A DNA stretch of 63,272 bases, counting the filler, from Octopus bimaculoides (lineage: Eukaryota), in the NCBI RefSeq assembly GCF_001194135.2. It is 3 parts of 3 records of this genome, joined end to end, with 100 filler letters (N's around TTAATTAATTAA, not from the genome) between each part and the next. Parts side by side here need not be neighbours in the genome. Positions count along the whole stretch, not along the records: positions 37,003 to 63,272 come from NC_068997.1; 2 more parts are not named here. One strand, given 5' to 3'. Of the stretch, positions 52,806-63,272 are shown piece after piece. The notes under the pieces are model-generated. The model searched no databases, was not told the DNA's origin, and was given only the letters and a program-made list of their open reading frames with translations. Numbering within the stretch: the stretch's first letter is position 1; the number at the start of each line of letters is the position of its first letter. Both the position numbers and the translations under genes were made by a program.

Positions 52806-53587
52806 CTGTTATCTAGGTGACCAAGTCACAACTTTAGGTGGATGCTCCAAGAGCATAACTGCTAGAATAAGAATAGGCTGGATAAAGTTCAGAGAGCTCC
52901 TACCTTTGTTGGTAACAAAGGGTCTCTCCCTCAGAGTGAAAGGCAGATTGTATGATGCTTGTGTGCGACCAGCCATGCTACAAGGCAGTGAAATGTCGGC
53001 TATGACTGCAGAGGACATGTGAAGGCTTGAAAGAAATGAAGCTAGTATGTTTTGCTGGACATGCAATGTCAATGTGCATGAACAACAGTGTGTAAGAATC
53101 TTGAGAGAAAAACTGGGCATAAGAGGCATCAGATGTGATGTGCAAGAGAGATGACTACATTGGTATGGTCATGTGATGCATATGGACGAGGACAGCTGTT
53201 TAAAGAAGTGTTGATCTCTAACTGTAGAGGGAACCTATGGAAGAGATAGACCCAAGAAGACACTGGATGAAGTGGTGAAGCATGAACTTCAAATGTTGGG
53301 CCTCATGGAGACAATGACAAGTGATCTAGACCTTTGGCAATATGCTGTGCTTGAGAAAACTCATCAAGCCAAGTGAAATCTTACTCATGGACAATGCTGA
53401 TGTTACACAACTGGCACCCACGCTGGTGGCATGTAAAGAGCACTCATTACACTCTTGGAGTGGTTGACATTAGGGAGGGTACCCAGACTGGAACTTCGTG
53501 CAGCTCTCCAGCTTACCAGTTCCAGTCAAACTATCTAACCCATGCCAGCATAGAAAGCAGATGCTAAATGATGATGATGATGATGAT
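52806..53587 (+). mobile_element. 5'-truncated RTE LINE 3' part
   Basis: CYLGDQV...RIRIGWIKFRELLPLLVTKGLSLRVKGRLYDACVR..., then 3' UTR and (GAT)n tail. Confidence 0.85.
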
Positions 53588-53987
53588 ATATATTCCCCCT
53601 AATTTTTTCCCCAAAAGTATAGCTTAGTATTTTTGGGAAAAGGGCATGTTAGATGATGTAGTCCTGGACTACAAATGCTGGGTAGCCATGGCTGGAATGC
53701 TATCGATAAGTTTGTTACATCAGCTGGGGCTAAATAAAACATCACTATGAACAAGACATGCAATGATTGGTGAGTGAAAATGAGATAAAAATGTCAAAAT
53801 CTAAAATAACAGAGCTGTGATTTTGCCTTTTTCATGTGTTGACATTTTTAATGGCTTAGTCAGAGGAAAGGGCAGCACCAGGGGGGTGGGGGTGGAGGTG
53901 GATATCACCAAAACTGGTTGGAGAAGGAAGAAATCATTACTTATGAGTTACTAGAGAAGGAATAATTCATCAGGAGGCGATCATTCA

Positions 53988-54374
<387 letters not shown>

Positions 54375-54819
54375 CAGGATACTGAGTTATGTCCAGATCC
54401 AGAGATCTGGTGTAAATTGTAATGGAGTGGACACTACTAAATATCTTTAATAGTTAAATGGGGATGGTGGTAGTGATGTTAAACCAGGCTATGGATGAAG
54501 CCTACAACCTTAAGTAGATAACAGTTGTTATCAAACAATCATAACATGATTAACTGAAACTCATAAATTCCTCCATGTTTCTCATTTCAAACCCCATCGG
54601 TGTTGACTTTAAGATAGGGGTTACATATTTTAACTTTAAATCTTAGGATGGCAGCATGGTACATTACCTTTTTAAGACAGTAACAGTTACAGCACTAAAA
54701 ACTTGTTTGTCATAGCAAGAACATAGATAGAACCAACTGTGATTAATTACCACATTTAAATACTATGAATTAGTAAAATAAACAACAACAAAATGAATGT
54801 TTATGCACATGTCAAGGAA

Positions 54820-55020
54820 CATATACATGGTTTCAAATTTTGGGGGTGGAATTAAGTCAATTACATCGACCCTAGTGCTTGACTGGTACTTATTTTGTTG
54901 ACCCCAAAAGGATGAAAGGCAAAGTTAATCTTGGTGGAATTTGAACTGAGAAAGTGAAGATGGATGAAATGCCACTAAGCATTTTGCTCAATGTGCTAAT
55001 GATTCTGCCAGCTTGCTGCC
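54820..55020 (-). mobile_element. SINE (10735 family)
   Basis: GTACTTATTTTGTTGACCCCAAAAGGATGAAAGGCAAAG...GAATTTGAACTGAG. Confidence 0.6.
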
Positions 55021-55149
55021 TCATACATGTACAAATACTGAAAAACAGATATACACAACTTCCTACATCACTACATGCATGTGATTTACACCCACATATA
55101 AATACACTTATATAGGTAACAAAGAAATTTAAAAAAAACCTTTACTCAC

Positions 55150-55227
55150 CCTTATCGACTGCTGCAGTAGCTTTGACAGCTGATTGGTTAGACTTCTCAA
55201 ATTGAACTCTCTGTTCATCAGTTGAGG
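55150..55227 (-). CDS. Internal 78-bp coding exon of the DUF3883-domain gene
   Basis: Acceptor tctcttttctcag|CC at 55228/55227 and donor AAGG|gtgagt at 55150/55149. Phase 1-1, open frame STDEQRVQFEKSNQSAVKATAAVDK; the terminal G plus AT of the next exon gives Asp in frame. Confidence 0.7.
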
Positions 55228-55325
55228 CTGAGAAAAGAGAAAAAGTCTTTAAATTTAGATAATTTAACTTTTTCAACACAGAGAAAAATTGGTAATTCTA
55301 CTTGTTCATATTGTATGTTGATTAT

Positions 55326-55377
<52 letters not shown>

Positions 55378-55419
55378 GTTTGTGCCAAATTCGATAGTTT
55401 TTTTTAATGTCTCTTTTAT

Positions 55420-56170
55420 TCAGGAACAGCTTGATGTATTGGTGAACAGTCAATGATGTTGGAAAGCATAGAGATTTAAGTTGTAGTTGAGAAAAAGTTA
55501 ACTGACATGGAGGATTGGAAGTCATCTGAATGTTGGAAAGTTACCTATACCATGATGATTCATACTGGGTACCAAAATGCTGACATCATGACTGCTATTC
55601 AATGTCCTGTGAACATTGTATAAGCTTTGAGATGTGATATGGACAACTGCAATGGAGACTATGAAGCAGTGATCAGTAGGAAAGGACACAGCAGGTATTC
55701 TGTCTGCACACTGGAATTCATCCTTACATATATGAAGAGGGCCTTAGGCTCAATTCAGATGGTTATGTGCAGTTGCTGGAGACTGTGATCAATCCCTGGC
55801 TAGAGAGAATTGAGCTGGAAGGCCATATGTGTGGCAAGCAGATGTCGGCTCCTTGCCATACCTTCAGAAAGAGTTAGAAATGGTTGTCAGAGAATTTCTA
55901 CAACTTCACCAGCCCCAATTTATGGCCTCTTTATTTCTCCAATTGTAATCCCATGGATTATTAAGTACAGGGTGTGAAACACCAACTGCTTTGTCTGCAA
56001 CACAAAGGCCAAGCTGGTAGCCAAGATCAAGGAGTTGCTTGAAGATCTTTCCAGGGACACAGTGAAGAATGTATGCACCAGGTTCCAGATCTGTCTTGAG
56101 GCTGTGGTGGAAGCTGAGGCAGTTACTTTGAGCAAACTGTTATCTTCAAGCCATAATTTAGTTGACACTT
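55420..56170 (+). mobile_element. Degraded Tc1/mariner transposase, DD37D (maT-like)
   Basis: Reconstructed across frameshifts: YVQLLETVINPWLERI..GRPYVWQ(Q)D SAPCHT...WLSENFYNFTSPNLWP..SP.CNPMDY...NTKAKLVAKIKE...RF...LEAVVEAE. About 37 residues lie between the second and third Asp. Confidence 0.75.
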
Positions 56171-56445
56171 CTTGATTTTTTAAAATACTTTTCTTTTTGT
56201 GTTTTCTTCTCTTTTTATGCAAACTAGCAAATTTAGCCTAAACAGCTAGTATTTATTTATGCACAAACATACATATTCATTTAATAGAAATTAATGTTTA
56301 AGTGTAAGATGAGAATGATGATGATGATAATAGTGGTGGTGATGATGATGATGATAGTTGTTGTTGCTGTTATGTTCATTACTGTTGTTGTTGGCATCAT
56401 CATTACCACCATTCTACATCTGCTTCCCATACTTGTATGGGTTAG

Positions 56446-57447
56446 AAAGTTATCATGGGTGCGCTGAAAGTGTAGCTGCTAGAATAAGAATAGCCTGGGC
56501 AAAGTTTAGAGAGCTCTTACCCCTGCTGGCGACAAAGGGACTCTCACTCAGAGTAAAAGGCAGACTGTATGACGCATGCGTACGAACAACCATGCTACAT
56601 GGCAGTGAAACATGGGCTGTAACTGCTGAGGACATACGTAAGCTCGCAAGGAATGAAGCCAGTATTCTCCGTTGGATGTGTAATGTCAATGTGAATACCC
56701 GTCAGAGTGTAAGTATCTTGAGAGAAAAGCTGNNNNNNNNNNNNNNNNNNNNNNNNNNNNNNNNNNNNNNNNNNNNNNNNNNNNNNNNNNNNNNNNNNNN
56801 NNNNNNNNNNNNNNNNNNNNNNNNNNNNNNNNNNNNNNNNNNNNNNNNNNNNNNNNNNNNNNNNNNNNNNNNNNNNNNNNNNNNNNNNNNNNNNNNNNNN
56901 NNNNNNNNNNNNNNNNNNNNNNNNNNNNNNNNNNNNNNNNNNNNNNNNNNNNNNNNNNNNNNNNNNNNNNNNNNNNNNNNNNNNNNNNNNNNNNNNNNNN
57001 NNNNNNNNNNNNNNNNNNNNNNNNNNNNNNNNNNNNNNNNNNNNNNNNNNNNNNNNNNNNNNNNNNNNNNNNNNNNNNNNNNNNNNNNNNNNNNNNNNNN
57101 NNNNNNNNNNNNNNNNNNNNNNNNNNNNNNNNNNNNNNNNNNNNNNNNNNNNNNNNNNNNNNNNNNNNNNNNNNNNNNNNNNNNNNNNNNNNNNNNNNNN
57201 NNNNNNNNNNNNNNNNNNNNNNNNNNNNNNNNNNNNNNNNNNNNNNNNNNNNNNNNGCGGGTGACACGTAAAAGCACCCACTACACTCTCTGAGTGGTTG
57301 GCGTTAGGAACGGCATCCAGCTGTAGAAACTCTGCCAAATCAGACTGGAGCCTGGTGTTGCCATCCGGTTTCACCAGTCCTCAGTCAAATCGTCCAACCC
57401 ATGCTAGCATGGAAAGCGGACGTTAAACGATGATGATGATGATGATG
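56446..57447 (+). mobile_element. RTE LINE 3' part spanning an N gap
   Basis: GCAESVAARIRIAWAKFRELLPLLATKGLSLRVKGRLYDACVRTTMLHGSETW...; the tail lies after the gap (57257-57447). Confidence 0.9.
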
Positions 57448-58039
57448 AAGCCAATTCTTATTCAGTATTACTCTTTTCAGGATGGACTCATATGTTCCAT
57501 TACTAGCATAACACCAACCACTCATAAAGTGTACTGGGAACATTTTATTAGGACATTAGCACTAGAAAAGTCATCATGTCCACAACACATCTAAAGATCT
57601 TTCTTCACTCCATACTGTAGTAATTTGCAAATCACTTTACAGAGTATACTGGGTGCATTTTAGCATGGTACTAGAAAGAAAGGTGGGGGTTGCTATGTCC
57701 CTTTCAAAACTAAATGATTCTCCCTATTTTTCTTTGTCTGTCCTTTCAAAACAAATATAATTGAGAGGGTGAAAAAGGAGAGAGTGATGACTATAAGGGT
57801 GAGAGAAGAGAACATGTGTATGGATGTGAAATTAAATGACAGAGGTTGTCTTGTCTTTTGCAACACTAAAGGGTCATCATTATTGTATGAAGCCATTATA
57901 TTCCATGACAGAGTCATATATACATGACAGAGTCTGTGCAAAGAAGTTGACTGATGGCCAAGAAAGTGAAAGAGGAAAGAGTATGATAGTGGAAACAGCA
58001 ATAGCTACATGTTCCTTGTTTGCAGGAAACTGAATATAT

Positions 58040-59275
58040 CAAGGTGTAGGTAGAAACTCCATAAGATGTACCCAGTGTAAGCTATGGACACATAAGAGGT
58101 GCAGCAACATCAAAAGGAAGATTAACCAGGAAGATAACATTCATGTGTAGCAGATGCACAGGGGCAATAAACACCACAGATTCTCAGAAAACAGATTCCA
58201 TCACATGTCAGGGTGAGAAACTAGAAGTAGCTGATAGCTTCCGCTACCTAGGTGACCAAGTCAATAGTAGGGGTGGCTACTCAGAGAATGTTACAACTAG
58301 AATAAGAATAACCTGGGCAAAGTTCAGAAAGCTTCTACCTCTACTGACGACAAAGGGCCTCTTGCTCAGAGTGAAAGGTAGATTGTTTGATGCATGTGTG
58401 CGAACTGCCATGCTTCATGGCAAACGTCAGTGTGTATACACAACAGAGGGTAAGCACCCTGAGAGAAATGTTGGACATAAGAAGCATCGGATGTGGCATG
58501 CAAGAGAGACATCTGTGTTGGTATGGTCATGATGGATGAGGAGAGCTGTGTGAAGAAGTACCACTCCCAACCAGTGGTAGAGGGAGACCCAGGAAGACAT
58601 GGGATGAGGGGGTGAAGCATGACCTGGGCCTCACAAAGGCAATGATGAAAGACCGAGACCTCTGGAGATATGCTGTGACCAAGAAGACCTGGCAAATAAA
58701 GTGAGATCACAGCTGTAGCCTACGCCAGTGTTGCATAACCAGCCCACTCAAAAGTACCTTTTGGATCGTAGGGTGACATACTGTGCTTGAAGAGACCTAT
58801 TGAGTCAAGTACATCAACATCAAAATCAAATCAAACCACAATCAAATAGGAATTGTAGTTGTAGCTGATGCCAGTGTTGCCTGTCTGGCTCCCTGTGCCG
58901 GTGGCATGTAAAAAGCATCATCCAAATGTGGTCAATGCTAGCCCCCACCTTGCCCCGACAGGCTCCTGTGCCGGTGGCATGTAAAAAGCACCATCTAAAT
59001 ATGGCCGATGCCAGTGCTGCCTTAACTGGCTCCCATGCCGGTGGCACGTAAAAGCACAATCCAAACGTGGTCGATGCCAGCCCCCTCTGGCCCCTGTGCC
59101 AGTGGCACACAAGCACCCACTACACTCTTGGAGTGGTTGGCATTAGGAAGGGCATCCAGCTGTAGAAACACTGCCAGATCAGATTGGAGCCTGGTGCAGT
59201 CTCCTGACTTCCCAGACTCCCAGTCGAACCGTCCAACCCATGCCAGCATGGAAAACGGACGTTAAACGATGAAGA
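58040..59275 (+). mobile_element. Internally deleted RTE LINE 3' part with modular 3' UTR
   Basis: CSRCTGAINTT...EKLEVADSFRYLGDQV...RLFDACVRTAMLHG; repeated GCCGGTGGCA(C/T)GTAAAAAGCAC modules; canonical tail. Confidence 0.85.
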
Positions 59276-59300
59276 AGGCACCAACAAAAAATGCATCATG

Positions 59301-59359
<59 letters not shown>

Positions 59360-60399
59360 CAACTGATAGCAACACAAACAGGTGATAGTGTGACTGGTTA
59401 CAATAAATCTGTCAACTACATCTAGTGAACCTTCCAAGCATTTGAAGAAATTTATTTCCATGTATATTCTTACTGTTAACTACTCTTTGTCTTCAACTTC
59501 AACTTCATTCTATAATACATCTGTTACTTTGTTTCACCACCTTGAAAACGTTTTAGCCAAATGAATCAACCCCAGTACATTTTTTTTAAAGCCTGGTACT
59601 TATTCTATCAAAATACTTTGTCAAATTGCTAAGTTATGGGGCTGTAAATAAACCAACACTGGCTGTCAAGTGGTGTAATGAGAGATAAACACACACACAC
59701 ACATACAATAAACTTCTTTTAGTTTCAATCTACTAAAGTCACTTGCAAGGCTTCGGTTGGCCAGAGGCTAAAGTAGAGGAGAGAGAGAGTGGGGGGTGGG
59801 GGAGTTCTGGTGAGGGCATATCCTCAAGGTATGAATTAAATTTCAGAGACAGAATAGGTATAGAGGAACAGAAAGAGTAGGTAAGTAGATAAGTTTGCAT
59901 GAGTGTGATGGATGATAGATGATAAGAGATGGGGACTGAGGTGGACACAGTGAATATCAGGAGGTGATAAAAACAGTAATAAGGGATAAATGATATCATT
60001 TAGAGTACCTAAATGAGGAATGCCTTAGAAGAGTGATGAAGGGATGGATGTTAGAAGATAAGTTATAGGGAAAGTTGATGGAGGGGTCTTCTTGAGCACA
60101 ACATACTGGTTTTGAATTTTGGTCAGCAATTTCAGTTGGGGTGAGGTTAAATCGATTAAATCAACCCCAGTGCTTTAATTGCAACATATAGAAATAAAAT
60201 CAGACAATTTCACATAAAACTCATGCATGCCATGTGACTGGGAGTTTTTGATTACTTAAATGTACAGCATTTGTTATATATCCATTAGGGGTTTAATACA
60301 TAACACCTGCCACCTCAATAAGAATGCTGATTTGGTGGGTTTCTTTTTCTGCCAGGTCACCAGTTAACACCTATCATCATCTCAGTGACTCCATGTGTT

Positions 60400-62864
60400 T
60401 GAGGTTTGGGTTTCTCTACTTTCACGCCACGGCTATCATTGCCTAACCTTGAGTTGATTCCTACCCGGGCGGGTAGGAGCAATTGGTCAAAACTAGCTAT
60501 CCACCTTTTGTTTTCGTTTGCAATAATTGCAGTATTTGCACCTTTCTGTGCCAGATATATGATGGGACTTGCTTTCTTCATGCATATGTTGAGGTACCAG
60601 ACATTAGTAAACAGTAGGGAATCATGGGTTGCAGCTGGTACATAATAGTCTTCCAAATAACCTTTCCCCAGGAGAAGCAGCTTTCCCACTTGAAGATCGA
60701 TGATCGAGTAGAACTCACTGTAAATAGGGATATCAGCAGTCAATGATAGGATTCCATGCAGATAAGGCATGTTTGATGGTTTAGACATTTGACTGTGAAT
60801 GATAAGTAGGTGTATATATGCTCTTAATGCCAAGGGTCAATAACCAACCTTTCAATGCTGTAAATTCAGGTGTGTTGTCTGATTCATGAACTTTTGACAG
60901 TCCAAACAGAGCTTAGAGATGCATTGAGCACTTTTGTACATTTTCCTTTTTGTGTGGTGCAAGGGATGGCATCAATGTAGTTGGAATACAAATCAATGAC
61001 AATAACTAAATTGCCAATATGGTTCATGAAAGCCCAATCCATGTGAATATGTTCCCAGAGACCATCTTTATTCCACATTGCTGTCAAATCAGCTTTCGTA
61101 CTTTGATCCTGCTGACAGTTGGAAATGAAGGTAGTCACATCTCAAGACATGTTTGGCCACCAGAACTCAAGAGAAATTTTACTGAGCATTTGTTGAATAC
61201 CCAAATGTGTATTATGACTGTCGCAAAGCACACTGTTATGTAGTTGGTAAGGAACAGACATTCTTGTTTGTAAATATAGAATTCTGTCATCTATTGTTAG
61301 TTGATTATGCACACATTTGAAAGGGAGGTTGCACTTGTTTCATGAAGTCCATTTTCCAGATTTGACCATGCATTTGATTCGCTGAATGTGTTTGTTGTAT
61401 GTACATTGATTTTTCACACAATCAATGTACATAGCTCCAAATAGAATGTCACTTACTAACTCAACTGCAAAGACAATTCCCTAGTACTCTACTTGCAATC
61501 TCAACATTGCGTCAACACAAGGAATATTAAAGTCAGAGATATGCGATATTTCAAAATCAAATGCCATCAAGTGAATAACCTATTGCCCGATTCTAGCAGG
61601 AATGGTTTGAGACAGGTAATGGCCCATACAATGGAAAATGATTTGCATTCGATATTTGACCAATTAGATTCAGTAGGTGTCAATTTGCTTGACACAGAAC
61701 AGCATGACCATTTTATGAAAGTACTGCCGCAATGCTGTTCATTGAGGCATCTGTCATCAGCTCAGTAGGTAATTTAGGATTAAATGGCTTAAATACCAGT
61801 TCTTTACATAGCTCATCTTTAATATTCTCAAATTCAAGTTGGCACTTGTTTGTCCACTGAAGACAATTGGCAGTAGTTAGTTTCTGCGTGCTAATTGTTT
61901 TCTCACTGAAATTTGAAATGAATAGCTCAAAGTATCTGATTAGTACAAGAAAGGATCACAGTTGCTCAGTGTTTTTTGGCTGATTTAATGACATGATCCT
62001 ATGAGTGAGTTCTTTTGTGGGTTTAATTCCTTTTACCAATATCACAGCCTAAAAATGTGATGCTTGCAGTCGTTTGAGTATTTTTTTTTCTTTGTTGACA
62101 CTGATTTGTTTCTCATGTAATCTTCTGAGGATGGCATTTAAATATTTATTTAGGCTCTCTTCTGTCTTGGCAAAAACAATTATATTGTCTTGGTAGACAA
62201 TGGAACTTTTTAGTCCCTTGAGTACTACATTCTCTATAGCATGCTGAAAAATTGAAGAACTATTTTTCATACCCATTTGTAACTGCATAACCAAGTATAC
62301 TCCTCTGGTAATACTGAAGGTGCAGAGCTTCTGACTATTTTCAATGAGCTTAATCGGCCAATATGCATCAGTTAAGTTAATCTGACCGAAGAATCTTGCA
62401 CCGCTAAGCTTGTAGCAAAAGATAAGCTTCTGTGCATATTTTTTTTTATTTAGGTGAACTTTGTAGTTGGGACACATATATAGTTGTTCATTTTTCTTTC
62501 TAACCCACATGACTGGAGAAGTATTGACTATGCCACCTGGAGCACAGTTTTTAATTACACCGCTGGCTTCCAATGCATCTATTTCCTTAGTAACATCTTC
62601 CACGAGAGTAATAGGTACACTTCTGGTAGCACAGAATTTATCAGAGGCATTAGGTATTAACTTAACTGAAGCTTGCACTCCTTTTATTGTTGGCAGAAAT
62701 GACTCAATGCTGCAAACTGTTTCAGTAGACTATACTTACGATCACCTTTATTTTAAAAGTATGAAGGAATTGCTGACTTCCTCATTTCACCGTAAGGCAA
62801 GCGTCCCCAGTGCATTCCATGTGGTGTCCATCATACAATTCATACTGTGTAATTCTCATGATGT
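60400..62864 (-). mobile_element. Degraded Gypsy LTR-retrotransposon pol (RT, RNase H, integrase)
   Basis: RSVPITLVEDVTKEIDALEASGVIK...SPVMWVRKK...INLTDAYW...MGMKNSSSIFQ...VYQDNIIVF (YxDD degenerated); WEHIHMDWAF...LVIVIDLYSNYIDAIP (integrase); SPGERLFGR downstream. Confidence 0.85.
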
Positions 62865-62910
62865 GGGCACCCATTTTGCCTTGATCCCAAAGTCGCTAAC
62901 TACTAATCTA

Positions 62911-63272
62911 GAATGTACCCCACAACATAGATTAGTAGTTAGCGACTTTGGGATCAAGGCAAAATGGATGCCCAGAATTAGACCGGCTTGGAGGAGAAGG
63001 GTGTGGAAGCTTAAAGACCCTGCAAATGGACAGAGACTTAGAGACAACTTACTTGAAGCATTTGACGAAATAGAAGGGGATATAGCATCATACAACGTGG
63101 AAGACAATTGGAGATTTCTGCGGGACAACCTGTTGAAAGCCACCGACCAGATCTGTGGCTGGTGTAAGGTCCCCTCTCGACCCAGAGTAACGTGGTGGTG
63201 GAACAAGGAGGTAGACAGGGCTATTAGACAAAAGAAACAGGCTTGGAAGGACTGGAAGAACGGTGGTAGCAG
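62911..63272 (+). mobile_element. 5'-truncated RTE LINE with an open reading frame running off the window end
   Basis: Stop-free frame ECTPQHRLVVSDFGIKAKW...WKLKDP...WRFLRDNLLKATDQICGW...TWWWNKEVDRAIRQKKQAWKDWKNG (end of endonuclease and linker). Confidence 0.85.

Noticed and set aside
60357-60833. 158-aa minus-strand ORF
   Set aside because: Another frame of the same strand gives Gypsy integrase C-terminal motifs (SPGERLFGR), so this is an off-frame ORF.

Overview
AT-rich, gap-rich eukaryotic genomic window, almost certainly from a coleoid cephalopod (Octopus-like). This is inferred from the extreme (TA)n/(CA)n/(ATT)n/(ATC)n microsatellite load and the recurrent tRNA-derived SINE and RTE-LINE families. 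Most six-frame ORFs are microsatellite or N-gap artefacts. Two host genes are supported. (1) A single + strand exon (7938-8104) of a Cys-loop/nicotinic acetylcholine receptor subunit; no neighbouring exons were found in the sequenced part. (2) The last three exons of a - strand gene (55227-55150, 42469-42278, 39450-38939) ending in a DUF3883/NO VEIN C-terminal PD-(D/E)XK nuclease-like domain. The rest is a transposon graveyard: RTE LINEs, a CRE-like RLE retroelement remnant, Penelope-like elements (PLEs), Gypsy LTR remnants, a DD37D Tc1/mariner, a hAT remnant and a hAT MITE with an 8-bp TSD, and many SINEs. The most interesting hand-found signals are two well-formed type I hammerhead ribozymes with palindromic stem III (30515-30568 on +, inside a 457-bp unit bounded by a 44-bp direct repeat; 11960-12045 on -). 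There are also weaker hammerhead-like cores next to PLE remnants, several fold-back/inverted duplications, and a LINE-donated in-frame alternative splice donor. All family assignments come from motif recognition by eye; no database search was run.
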